From: a virus
Taxonomy: Duplodnaviria > Caudoviricetes
Reading direction: 5' to 3' (one strand)
Virus record (IMG/VR): IMGVR_UViG_3300048550_000310
Coordinates: 1 to 53,223 of that record
DNA: 53,223 bases
The notes beneath the pieces are model-generated. The model worked only from the letters and a program-made list of their open reading frames with translations. It did no database searches and was not told the DNA's origin. Positions 1 to 9,134 of the stretch are shown piece by piece. The translations under genes and the position numbers were made by a program. Position 1 is the stretch's first letter. Each line of letters starts with the position of its first letter.

Positions 1-86
1 ATTTGAATGGAGTTATCCTGCAATGTATCTACAACTCTTTCAAGTCTTTCAATTATAGCAGTATTTAAATTTTGATTCTGTTCCAT
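1..86 (-). CDS. Hypothetical coiled-coil protein, 3'-truncated at window edge
   Basis: Manual translation from ATG at 86: MEQNQNLNTAIIERLERVVDTLQDNSIQ..., open to the window edge, starts 8 nt after the stop of the upstream gene. Confidence 0.6.
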   Translation of the reverse strand, partial: MEQNQNLNTAIIERLERVVDTLQDNSIQ

Positions 87-94
87 AATTGATA

Positions 95-994
95 TCAATT
101 AGGTTTTATGTTTCTGATATGCTTTAATCTTTTATCATAAAACAATTCACCCGCTTCAAAGGGAGAAACTCTTTCGATTTTAATCTGTCTAATAAAACGA
201 GGATTAAATAACATTCTAAATTTTACCATCAAATCATTAGGAGAAGATCCATATATGATAGTAGTCCCCATCTCAGGTACAGTTACTTTATATTGATACA
301 AACGGGAGGGTCTATCGCAAGGGGCAGCTGCCGATTCTTTCATTGATGAAAGTTGACTCTTTTTCGCCCGTTTTTTCTTAGCATTGTTCATAACAGATGA
401 TGCAGTATCAATAGGTTTATCTGGGAGAGAAATTCCTTTGCTATCAAATCCAGGACGATCTGCCTGCATAACATTCTTTTTGGGGGTTGTAGGTGTTGTT
501 GATGAAGGTAATTTAGATTTAGGTGCATCAAATTTAGGTAAATTTCCAATTGTACTTTGTCCCATAGAGGATGTACTACCAGCCATACTACCACTCATGC
601 GGGCAGGAAACCCTGACCCTGTAGGAGTAGATGGTTTTTGTGCGGGTTGTTGTTTAGGTTTAGAACCCATTACACCTTTAACTGCATTACCAACTCCTTT
701 CAAAATACCACCAAGAAACTCATTGATCTGCTCTTCGCTTAAATCATAACCTTGCTCTCTGAGTTTATTAATTCTCTCCAATTGTTTTTCTAAAATAACA
801 TCATCTAATTTTTCCTGGTAACTACGATGGTCTTCTGCCTTCAATGTATTACCAGGCATCACAAGTTTCTTATCCTTTTTACTCTTAACCTTCCTCCGAA
901 ATTTCATGACAGGATCATATCCAGCATTAGGTCCAGTCGCATCTGCGCTGGCACTAAAACCTCCATTTCCAACTGCCATCATTTCTTCTTGCAT
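95..994 (-). CDS. Low-complexity basic protein, candidate internal head (poly)protein
   Basis: 299 aa ORF with K/P/S/G-rich core; shares LSEEQ(I/L)NE(F/L)LGG and MQAxRPGF modules with neighbouring large ORFs. Confidence 0.7.
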   Translation of the reverse strand: MQEEMMAVGNGGFSASADATGPNAGYDPVMKFRRKVKSKKDKKLVMPGNTLKAEDHRSYQEKLDDVILEKQLERINKLREQGYDLSEEQINEFLGGILKGVGNAVKGVMGSKPKQQPAQKPSTPTGSGFPARMSGSMAGSTSSMGQSTIGNLPKFDAPKSKLPSSTTPTTPKKNVMQADRPGFDSKGISLPDKPIDTASSVMNNAKKKRAKKSQLSSMKESAAAPCDRPSRLYQYKVTVPEMGTTIIYGSSPNDLMVKFRMLFNPRFIRQIKIERVSPFEAGELFYDKRLKHIRNIKPN

Positions 995-1353
995 TAGATT
1001 GACTCCAATTGTAAACTCACATGACCATCAATATCTAATTCAGGTAAGAACCCTATAGGATATTTATTCAAATAAATAAGAAACGTTTTCATAAGGGACC
1101 AATACTCTTTTCCCATATAAAGAAATAAGAGAGGTGTTGCTGCTTCACCAAAAACATTATATATGATAATCAAATGATTGAGTATTAAAGGTATTCTCAA
1201 CTCATCATTCTTTAAATATCTTTTAAAAAGACGCTTCAAATATTTAAAGCGTCTCATATCCTCATCAAAATCATCTCGTGTATGACACTGAGGATTATTA
1301 TAATGTTTCATGGCGAACAGAATAGCGTTATTGTTATTCAGTTCGTCAAACAT
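994..1353 (-). CDS. Conserved T4-like phage hypothetical protein
   Basis: 119 aa; FAMKHYNNPQC...RFKYLKRLF...LILNHLIIIYNVFG pattern typical of cyanomyovirus core hypotheticals; TAATG coupling to next gene. Confidence 0.75.
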   Translation of the reverse strand: MFDELNNNNAILFAMKHYNNPQCHTRDDFDEDMRRFKYLKRLFKRYLKNDELRIPLILNHLIIIYNVFGEAATPLLFLYMGKEYWSLMKTFLIYLNKYPIGFLPELDIDGHVSLQLESI

Positions 1354-1356
1354 TTA

Positions 1357-1983
1357 TTAACTACCAAATGTAAGTGTTGCTGCTCCGTCAGAAATAATTT
1401 CCTCAGTACCACCTGCAGAGGTGATCTTGACACGATACTTATAACCGTCAAGCGAATCATCACCGAGACTGCTGTATGCCAGAGTCGCAGTAGTGAAGTC
1501 TGCATAGGTTACACCAGTGTCAAGAGATGCGCTGATGTTGACCCAACGGGTTGTTGCCGCAGCGGTCTGACGTTGCCACTGATAGGACAGAGCACCAGGT
1601 GTTCCTGATGTGGAAGTGCTGAGGGTAAATGTGCCTGCACCAGAGGAGGAAGTAGAAGCAGCGGGTTGTGCCGAGATGGTCACTGCAGATGCTACGTCTG
1701 CTGCAATAGTATCATCACTCAGAGTCTCATCTGCGTTTGCCTCAGGATTAGTGAGGATCATCAGGTGCTCTGCCTTATGACGAGTGTTGCCATTGTGATC
1801 GGTGTAGGTGCGATATGCCCACCAACCAGGTGAGGTGATACCACGCACTTTGTTTTCGTTCAGACCTGCCTCGGTCTCGTCAACGAATACAATAGTTTCT
1901 GTTACAGACCCTGCGCCATTACCTCTAGTCAAGCCGACTTGGGTCTGATTGGCGGTAGAGTCAACTCTTCCGTATAAAGACAT
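1357..1983 (-). CDS. Putative virion structural protein with C-terminal Ig-like domain
   Basis: 208 aa, T/S/A-rich; ITAQP-like ...YQWQ...YKYRVKIT...AATLT pattern of an Ig-like fold; late promoter directly upstream. Confidence 0.65.
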   Translation of the reverse strand: MSLYGRVDSTANQTQVGLTRGNGAGSVTETIVFVDETEAGLNENKVRGITSPGWWAYRTYTDHNGNTRHKAEHLMILTNPEANADETLSDDTIAADVASAVTISAQPAASTSSSGAGTFTLSTSTSGTPGALSYQWQRQTAAATTRWVNISASLDTGVTYADFTTATLAYSSLGDDSLDGYKYRVKITSAGGTEEIISDGAATLTFGS

Positions 1984-2011
1984 TGTGCTCTCCGAATATT
2001 TTCCGTATATT

Positions 2012-2019
2012 TATTTATA
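2012..2019 (-). promoter_or_regulatory. T4-type late promoter TATAAATA
   Basis: Exact TATAAATA on the minus strand 29 nt upstream of ATG 1983. Confidence 0.75.
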
Positions 2020-2020
2020 A

Positions 2021-2215
2021 TTAACGTGCTTTAATAGCCTCCTCTACCTTGTGTAGAAGACGATCATCCATGTCAGTCTTAGTTAATTTGACTGCTTTTT
2101 TAAGAATAATAAGACACACATCAATAAGCTTTTCGCCAAGCTCCTCGTCGTCGGGGAGCTTAGCGACAGCATCCGTAATAATCTTTTGTGCTAATGGAAG
2201 TAAGAATGCTAACAT
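2021..2215 (-). CDS. Hypothetical protein
   Basis: 64 aa helical ORF filling the gap between co-oriented genes. Confidence 0.7.
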   Translation of the reverse strand: MLAFLLPLAQKIITDAVAKLPDDEELGEKLIDVCLIILKKAVKLTKTDMDDRLLHKVEEAIKAR

Positions 2216-2253
2216 GACTAGTACCTATATAATCGGGTCTAATCTATATATGC

Positions 2254-4779
2254 TCAGTCGAAACGAGATGTGTGTTTCGCCATAGCATCGTCATCTTTCT
2301 TTTGCTTCTTAGTCTTACCATGCTTGAGAAGACGCTCGGTGTACTTGTTAACTCTTCTGTTATGAGTTTCAAGTTCACTTTCCTTTTCACCTCTCTTCTT
2401 CTTACTAGTGCGCTTGGCACCAGGGAAGTTTTTCTGGTGCTCTCTTGCTTCAACTGATTTGTTGATGTCAAGTTTCTTACCAGTCTTCTTTTCATAATCA
2501 TCAAGAACGCCTTGACGCTTCTTGACTCTTTCTAAAGACTTCTTAGCATCTTCCCCTCTATCTTCACTCAAGGCATTAATTACACCAAAAGATCTTAATC
2601 TACTAGATTCATTGAATTTACTCCAATCAATCGAAGATGATCCCGGTTTCTTTCCAGTAGGTACTTTCTTTATCGGTTTTGGTCCACCCGAACTTGGAGA
2701 AGATGAAGGACTAGGCGGTTTGTTTACACTTGGTTTTGGTGCACCCGAATTATTAAATCCAGGACGACCTGCCTGCATCGGTTTTGGTTTAGGACCAGAA
2801 GTAGTAGGTTTATTATTTGCAATAGAAACATTGTTTGCTTTCATGGCAGCTTTGTAAAAACCGCCTTTGCCCTTGCCACCACCAAAGATGGGGCTCTTAT
2901 ACATCATCTTCTGCGTGAAAGCTGACATTGGTCTATATGCGGATGGACCAGTTCCATATTGACCAGGACGACCGCGAGGCATTTGGGGAATAGGTACAAA
3001 TCCTTGCTCATCATCATTTTTGTCAACTTGGAATCGGTTTCCTACAACTTTACCACCACCCATGCTTCCTAGAGGAGACTTGAATGCACCTGGATTAGCC
3101 TTGAATGCAGACTTAAAATCCTTTTTGCTATCGTAAGTGCTACCTTTCTTTGCTTCAATAGAACCGGGCAGTGCTTCATCAATTTGATCACCTTCTGGTT
3201 CATAACCAGCAGTCTCAAGAGACTTCTTACCTTTTGCCAAAGGAAGTTGAGGACCAGTCCTCTTCATAAAAGCATCTTTTTCATTGGGATTTGTAGTACC
3301 TTTACCCTTGTCATAGATCTTTTTGCCTTTCATGGCACCTCTATGACCAGGACCGATATCAAAACTCGCTTCAGTCAAGTCGGTTTCAGTTTCGTAGCCT
3401 TCTTGATAGCCTTCTTCTGAAACTTCTTCTTGACTGACATACGCATAGCCCTCCGTAGATACTGTTTTTTCGTCACCTAAATCATCTTTGCGGCGTTTTT
3501 GCTGACACTTCATACAATCACAGTCTTCACCATGATTCTTTTTTACATCACCACCCTTAGAATAGGAACCGCAACCCCCTTCTAAGAGATCATCTTTCTT
3601 AGGATTTAATTTAATTTTGGTTTTTTTTTCAACCAAATAGTCAGCAAATCCTAAGAAAGATTCTTTCTTAGTTTTCTTCTTGACTTCACCGCCTTTTGAT
3701 TTACCTTGATAAGGTTCTACCTTAATTGGTGTTGGTGTTTTGACTTCGGGTGCCTTCGCCCTAATCGGAGGATTAGATGGCATTCCTTTACCGGATGTGC
3801 CAGATCCAAATGTACCGTCTCTCCCAGAACCAGTGTTAGCAGGTACTACTGCTGGCGGAGTCTTTGGTGTGTTAACGCTCTTAATCGCTTTGTCTACAGA
3901 TGCCTGCCTTTCGGTTTGCTTCTTATTAATCTTGTCGGCGTTAGGAGACTGTGCAATAGAAGCAGCCTTAGCATCCTGTCTAGCTTTTTCATTTCCTGCA
4001 TTACGGCTCTTACGATCCTTAATGTACTTCTGCATCAAAGGATTGGTAGACTTCGATGTACCTCTAGTGGCATCACGCTTTGCTTTTGCTGCAGCAAGTT
4101 TTGGATTTGCCTTTTTCCATGCTGCCATACCAGCAGACTCAGCATCTTTTGTTGCTTTCTTCTTGGCATCACCTGTTGCTGCATTAGCAGCAGCTCTCTT
4201 CGTAACATACTCAGCGTTCCTAGTATCATTCTTAGCAGAAGGTTTCTTAGGTTTGGGTGAAGAAGGAGGATTGTCTCTGGTTTGTTTTGCTAGTCTGCTT
4301 TTGTTTGCAGCATTTTTTGCTCTTTCTTGATCAGCTGCAGCATCAGCGGCAGTATAGTTAGAACTATCCTTTGTATCTGCTTTTGTTTTTGTTTTTGTTT
4401 TTGGATCTTTACTACCACCAGAACCATACTGATTAGTTCCAAAGAACTCAGCAGGATTTTTGCTTCTATCTTTTTGATTCCTTGCAGTAATTTCGTCGTC
4501 CTTATCGGTTCTTTTTGGCGGTGCCCTACGAGCCTTTTCTGGTCTTGTTTCACCGTCTACTGCCTGTCCTTTCCTATTAAAAGATGTAGTATGCCCAAAT
4601 CCTGTTTGTGGAGTTCTATCACCAGATCTTACAGCCGGTTCATTGGACCTACTGGGTTCAGGAACTACAGTACGAATACCTTTTTTAACAATATCACCCA
4701 GTCCAAGAACACCTCGCTGCAGCAAATTTAGGTCCTTTTTTTTCTCGTGTAAGTCGGAAAAGTTTTTAAATGATTTCAT
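2254..4779 (-). CDS. Large K/G/P-rich modular protein, candidate capsid-targeted internal polyprotein
   Basis: 841 aa; N-terminus MKSFKNFSDLHE resembles the T4 capsid-targeting sequence; basic blocks separated by acidic (L/I)xE-ending linkers. Confidence 0.7.
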   Translation of the reverse strand: MKSFKNFSDLHEKKKDLNLLQRGVLGLGDIVKKGIRTVVPEPSRSNEPAVRSGDRTPQTGFGHTTSFNRKGQAVDGETRPEKARRAPPKRTDKDDEITARNQKDRSKNPAEFFGTNQYGSGGSKDPKTKTKTKADTKDSSNYTAADAAADQERAKNAANKSRLAKQTRDNPPSSPKPKKPSAKNDTRNAEYVTKRAAANAATGDAKKKATKDAESAGMAAWKKANPKLAAAKAKRDATRGTSKSTNPLMQKYIKDRKSRNAGNEKARQDAKAASIAQSPNADKINKKQTERQASVDKAIKSVNTPKTPPAVVPANTGSGRDGTFGSGTSGKGMPSNPPIRAKAPEVKTPTPIKVEPYQGKSKGGEVKKKTKKESFLGFADYLVEKKTKIKLNPKKDDLLEGGCGSYSKGGDVKKNHGEDCDCMKCQQKRRKDDLGDEKTVSTEGYAYVSQEEVSEEGYQEGYETETDLTEASFDIGPGHRGAMKGKKIYDKGKGTTNPNEKDAFMKRTGPQLPLAKGKKSLETAGYEPEGDQIDEALPGSIEAKKGSTYDSKKDFKSAFKANPGAFKSPLGSMGGGKVVGNRFQVDKNDDEQGFVPIPQMPRGRPGQYGTGPSAYRPMSAFTQKMMYKSPIFGGGKGKGGFYKAAMKANNVSIANNKPTTSGPKPKPMQAGRPGFNNSGAPKPSVNKPPSPSSSPSSGGPKPIKKVPTGKKPGSSSIDWSKFNESSRLRSFGVINALSEDRGEDAKKSLERVKKRQGVLDDYEKKTGKKLDINKSVEAREHQKNFPGAKRTSKKKRGEKESELETHNRRVNKYTERLLKHGKTKKQKKDDDAMAKHTSRFD

Positions 4780-4782
4780 TGT

Positions 4783-7005
4783 TCAACCTCCGTAATTGTC
4801 GCGTGCTTTTTCATCACCCATTTTAGAGAAACGTTCTCTCTCTTTTTGTCTAGCAATAGCACTCACAATCTTGGCAGACTTTTTGCGTGCCTTTTCTTTC
4901 TCATCAGGATCATCAGCAGAAAGAGACTTTCTTGCTAAGTTACCCGCTCTACGATACATTGAATTCTCTTTCTTTTTATCGATTTCTTTGTAACCTTCTT
5001 CGATTACATGTTCGATTTCTTGGATAGAGAAAAGACCAGATTCATACAGATGTGCAATCTGTTCATAATCTTCACCTAAGCGATTTGCAAGTTTATCACT
5101 GCCGCTGGATACTGCACGAGACAGTTTACCAACACCTTTTTTCAGAGCACCCTTAAGTACACCACCAACTCTCTGAATGAAAGTAGGTTTCTCCCCTTTA
5201 CTCTTACCACCTGATTTACCGGAACCGGATTCACCTCTAGCATCACCTCTAATACTAGAGAGGATGTCATCTAACTTACCACCTGTTTTGTCACCATCAT
5301 CATCAGATTTTTTCTTTTTACCATCACCACGCTCCATAGCAGCCTTCTTAGACTTCTTACGTTGTGCTTGGAACTCACCAACACCATGACCAATAGCACG
5401 ACCGCCAGCACCAATTACTGCTTTGGCACCTGCCTTAAGACGCTCACCTGCTTTTGCAGCAGCGGACTTAAGACGATCCATAGCGGAAGGTTTCTTTTTA
5501 TCATCATCCTTCTCCTCTTCCTCCATGAGGATGCCACAGATTTCAAGTTCCTCACAGATTTCAAAAAGATCCTGATCATCTTCTGCCATTTCAAGAATAG
5601 CATCCTCAAAGAATGCTACGAGTTCTTCGTCAGACACATCATCAAAATTACACCCCTCAATGAAGAGTTCCTCTTCTTCAGAGAATGCAAGCGATTCCTT
5701 TCTAGCCTTCACCATATTTCGAGGAATATTTTCCCTGGTTCTTTCTCTTGCACTATCAAAGGTACTCTTTACATTTGATACTTTTTTCTTTAAGTATGCA
5801 GGTCCCTTTGTTATTGCTCTTTCAGTACCACCAACAATATTTCCAGCAAGTCTTGCAGCCTTATCAGCAAATTCCCCTACTGGTCCTTCAAAGATATCGT
5901 CAAGTTCATCATGAATAACTTCTTCTTTATGTGCTTTCTTTTTCTCACCACCTTTGGAGAATCCGAGAAGTCCCTTCGTGGTAGGTTTCTTGCCCATTGC
6001 CTGACCAGCAAGACCGCCGATGCCAGTGCTGGCACCCTTCATGAATCCGCCTTTCTTACCCATGTTCATGAGTCCGCCGACGAGACCACCAAGAAGTTCA
6101 TTCAGTTGCTCCTCACTCAGTTGAAGAAGATCGTTAACGAGTGCTTCCTTGAGCATATCACCTTCCGGTTCATAAACAGCATCCCTTGCTCTGCCACCAG
6201 GAGTCATCTCATCAAGCATATTTGCTACCATATCAACATGGACATTCTCTTTCTTTACAGGACCACCTTTAGAGCGACCCATCAATTTATCCATCTGCAT
6301 TTTACGATCACCCAGAGCGCCGCCAACTCTGTGAACCATGCCACTACCAGTCTTATTACCAACAGGACCCTTTGTTTGTGTCTTAGCAAGAGGGTTCTTA
6401 ATATCTAAATTGGGATGACCAATATAACCATCACCTTTCCTACCGCCAATAAATTCAAGAACAACATCAAGTTGCTCCTCGTGATTTGCCGATAATAGAG
6501 AATCAACAAATTCTTCTACTTCCTCTTTTTTAAGTCTGCTCCAACCAAATCCCTTAGGAGATCCCTTTAGTTTGGACCCGCCAGTTTGACCGCCAGATTG
6601 ACCGCCAGCAGGACCGCCTGATCCTGAACCGCCAGCAGAACCCTTTGCACCCATAGTAGCAGTAGTTTTATTCAAACCCCTACCAGTTTGAACACCATGA
6701 ACATTCTCACCGGGTTGACGACGTTCACCTTTAGTAGTGTATTTGGTGTTACGGTTCCATGGAAGCGCATCAGTTACATCGGCAGCCATTTTAGCCAACC
6801 CTTCTTCTACCGCTGCCACCTCCTCACTACGAGTCTTGATGGCTTTACCACGAACCTTACGGCGATTCAAAAGATACTTATCGGACTTATCATGATCTCC
6901 ATCATTATCAATATCCTTATCTTCTTGTCCAACAGGATCTAGTTTTTTGCCTTCATACACTTGCCTGAGTGCATCAGACATGTCAATTGGTTTAGGATCG
7001 TACAT
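4783..7005 (-). CDS. Large modular protein with alternating acidic and basic blocks, candidate internal head polyprotein
   Basis: 740 aa; LDPVGQEDKDIDNDGDHDKSDKYL motif; repeated acidic linker-(L/I)xE-basic/Gly-rich module; ATAAATA upstream at 7030-7036. Confidence 0.7.
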   Translation of the reverse strand: MYDPKPIDMSDALRQVYEGKKLDPVGQEDKDIDNDGDHDKSDKYLLNRRKVRGKAIKTRSEEVAAVEEGLAKMAADVTDALPWNRNTKYTTKGERRQPGENVHGVQTGRGLNKTTATMGAKGSAGGSGSGGPAGGQSGGQTGGSKLKGSPKGFGWSRLKKEEVEEFVDSLLSANHEEQLDVVLEFIGGRKGDGYIGHPNLDIKNPLAKTQTKGPVGNKTGSGMVHRVGGALGDRKMQMDKLMGRSKGGPVKKENVHVDMVANMLDEMTPGGRARDAVYEPEGDMLKEALVNDLLQLSEEQLNELLGGLVGGLMNMGKKGGFMKGASTGIGGLAGQAMGKKPTTKGLLGFSKGGEKKKAHKEEVIHDELDDIFEGPVGEFADKAARLAGNIVGGTERAITKGPAYLKKKVSNVKSTFDSARERTRENIPRNMVKARKESLAFSEEEELFIEGCNFDDVSDEELVAFFEDAILEMAEDDQDLFEICEELEICGILMEEEEKDDDKKKPSAMDRLKSAAAKAGERLKAGAKAVIGAGGRAIGHGVGEFQAQRKKSKKAAMERGDGKKKKSDDDGDKTGGKLDDILSSIRGDARGESGSGKSGGKSKGEKPTFIQRVGGVLKGALKKGVGKLSRAVSSGSDKLANRLGEDYEQIAHLYESGLFSIQEIEHVIEEGYKEIDKKKENSMYRRAGNLARKSLSADDPDEKEKARKKSAKIVSAIARQKERERFSKMGDEKARDNYGG

Positions 7006-7006
7006 T

Positions 7007-8158
7007 TTACTCAGCGGTCTTATCCTTTTTATTTATCTTCTTTCTACCTTCACCTGGTGTCAATTTTATCATATAATCTCTAAGTTCAGATGTACCAACC
7101 TCACCTGCAGGTGTCCAATTAAAATATTTAAGATCATTAATCTCATGAAGATCCTTTAACCATGATCTAAAAATATTATCATTCTCATCAACATAGATGA
7201 CATAATTACTACCACGACTAACAACTTTTCCAATAACTCCAGTGTTTACATTCTCAACTATCGCACCAATATTAAATAAGACATCATCAAAATATGCTTC
7301 CCTTAAACCCTGAGGATCTAACTTAGGAGCGATCTCATGTAAGTCATATGAAACTTCTGCAAAATCACTAAACTCCTCAACCTGCATAGAACCCCTAAGA
7401 GTATTATAAAGTTCTTGCTTATCTTTTCTACTTAATCCTTCAGGCATACCAGCAACAAAGGTATCATAATCATCTTCCGCTGCTGCTTGTCTAAGTTTAG
7501 ATGCAGACATACCTTCAACACCTTCAGAATCTGGGTCTCTATTGCCTGCAGATACTACATTAATTTTTTCAAAATTATACAGTTTGCCGTTGTACTTGTT
7601 TGCTAACGAGTTAAACTCACTAACCCTGTCACCTCCCACAACCAAAGTAACGCCGCTATACCCCTCACTATCGAGAGCGGTGAGAACATCAAAAATACTA
7701 CGCATATTATCATTCGCGATAATTGCATTAGAGTGATCGGGATATGCCTTCCGCATAAATTTAATTTTAGTACCCGGATCGAGAGGATTCTTTTTGGGGT
7801 CCTGCGATCTACTGGGATATATTCTATACTCTCCATTCTTTGCCTCTCGGGCGACTCTTTTTATTAGAGATTCATGTCCGATAGTAGGGGGATTAAATCT
7901 TCCAAAAGTAATAGCAATCGTACCTTGATCGACCGCACCCGAGCCATCTCCAGTTTCTTCTGCTCCATTCTGTTGATCAGCAACTGCTTGGGTACTAGGA
8001 TCTAATTGTACAAGTTTTCCGTCCTGAGACATATGAGTAACTTCGCCACGTTCGTTGGCGTATCTACCATACCCTACATGTGTCAGTCTTAATTTTTCTG
8101 CGTCCTGTGATGCGCGAGATCTTGCCGCTTCAGTTAGGAAAGCACTAAAACTTTTCAT
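7007..8158 (-). CDS. HIGH-family nucleotidyltransferase ('cytidyltransferase') with capsid-targeting-like N-terminus
   Basis: 383 aa; TFGRFNPPTIGH (HIGH motif), VGGDR, MSASKLR; begins MKSFSAFLTE. Confidence 0.85.
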   Translation of the reverse strand: MKSFSAFLTEAARSRASQDAEKLRLTHVGYGRYANERGEVTHMSQDGKLVQLDPSTQAVADQQNGAEETGDGSGAVDQGTIAITFGRFNPPTIGHESLIKRVAREAKNGEYRIYPSRSQDPKKNPLDPGTKIKFMRKAYPDHSNAIIANDNMRSIFDVLTALDSEGYSGVTLVVGGDRVSEFNSLANKYNGKLYNFEKINVVSAGNRDPDSEGVEGMSASKLRQAAAEDDYDTFVAGMPEGLSRKDKQELYNTLRGSMQVEEFSDFAEVSYDLHEIAPKLDPQGLREAYFDDVLFNIGAIVENVNTGVIGKVVSRGSNYVIYVDENDNIFRSWLKDLHEINDLKYFNWTPAGEVGTSELRDYMIKLTPGEGRKKINKKDKTAE

Positions 8159-8159
8159 T

Positions 8160-9068
8160 CTACCAATTTTTTTTAAGATTAAAGTTTGCTTTACTAAAAG
8201 TCAGTCGATCTACAATTTTATATGGATTGTTCGAGATTATTACAAAGCCTTCGTGTGAAGATGGTTTACCATCAATGAAACATTCAACATTCCCATTTGT
8301 GACAATCGCATCCAGTAGACGCTGTTTCAGTTGGAAGATTTTATGCCACACCATAAGGGTCTGAACATTAACCTCTTGTTTATATTTAGCATCCATAGCA
8401 GCGTACATAACTCCGGCACTCGGAATGCTGCCAGCGCGAATAAATTTATTGACAAAGGTCCTCAAATACAATCTAGTGTGCTTGTCTTTAGATACCTTAC
8501 ACTGAGGAATCAATGTAAGAATCTCAGCAATCAATTTGGGTGCAAACCATTTACTAACACGAGCATCAGTAGTATCGATGAACTCGGTGCCTAGTGCAGA
8601 CGAAAGTTTAACACCAATATGTGCCTCAGCATTAGGAGATACCTCAGTGTACCTGGTGTGAGGTGCTACAATAATATCCCTAGTAACAGGAGAATCAAAC
8701 CGATAACTAATAGTGTTGGGAGTATATGTCCTGCCGCCACCAACACCAATAAAGTCAGCTTGAACAATATCATTAATACGGGGAAGATTATGAAGACACA
8801 AACGAAGGATATCAGCGACCCTACCAGTATGGTTTTGATCGATATCTTCTTGGGTATAATTAATTTTGACTTTAATTTTGTTAAAGACTGACTTTGTTCC
8901 CACAAAAAACTTGCCATTTTCAGGATTAGTACCAAAAACAATTGCGGGAGCACCGTCCCATTTGACACTGACTTTACTACAGAGAACTGCCTGCCGGACA
9001 GCATCAAGTGCCACACGACGACCGTCGAAGATAGAATCCTCTAGGTGTTCAAGGTGTTTGTTGGGCAT
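8160..9068 (-). CDS. Conserved phage protein with ATP-dependent ligase-like nucleotidyltransferase motifs
   Basis: Start moved to ATG 9068 (MPNKHLEHLED, GAGG upstream); VKWDGAP (KxDG), HEGFVI and YKIV motifs. Confidence 0.65.
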   Translation of the reverse strand: MPNKHLEHLEDSIFDGRRVALDAVRQAVLCSKVSVKWDGAPAIVFGTNPENGKFFVGTKSVFNKIKVKINYTQEDIDQNHTGRVADILRLCLHNLPRINDIVQADFIGVGGGRTYTPNTISYRFDSPVTRDIIVAPHTRYTEVSPNAEAHIGVKLSSALGTEFIDTTDARVSKWFAPKLIAEILTLIPQCKVSKDKHTRLYLRTFVNKFIRAGSIPSAGVMYAAMDAKYKQEVNVQTLMVWHKIFQLKQRLLDAIVTNGNVECFIDGKPSSHEGFVIISNNPYKIVDRLTFSKANFNLKKNW

Positions 9069-9089
9069 GTCCCTCGTGTCTATACCACT

Positions 9090-9134
9090 ATTATAGCATG
9101 TCAAAGTTGAGTCGCACATAGGGTTGTGACAGTT
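9090..9134 (-). promoter_or_regulatory. Putative early promoter AACTGTC-N29-TGCTATAAT
   Basis: Extended -10 TGCTATAAT plus an upstream AACTGTC box; same architecture at 27931-27974 and 30301-30344. Confidence 0.65.

Noticed and set aside
4380-4403. (TTTTTG)n microsatellite
   Set aside because: Simply encodes KTKTKTK in a low-complexity protein; a 6-nt unit keeps the frame, so there is no phase-variation signal
3706-4731. Several 130-200 aa plus-strand hydrophobic ORFs
   Set aside because: Antisense shadows of the Lys/Ala-rich minus-strand gene (Lys codons read as Phe/Leu on the opposite strand)
95-7005. Lanthipeptide/bacteriocin biosynthetic cluster suggested by GG-leader-like motifs
   Set aside because: No LanM, C39 peptidase or transporter in the window, and the motifs are internal to large proteins; kept only as an alternative in the findings
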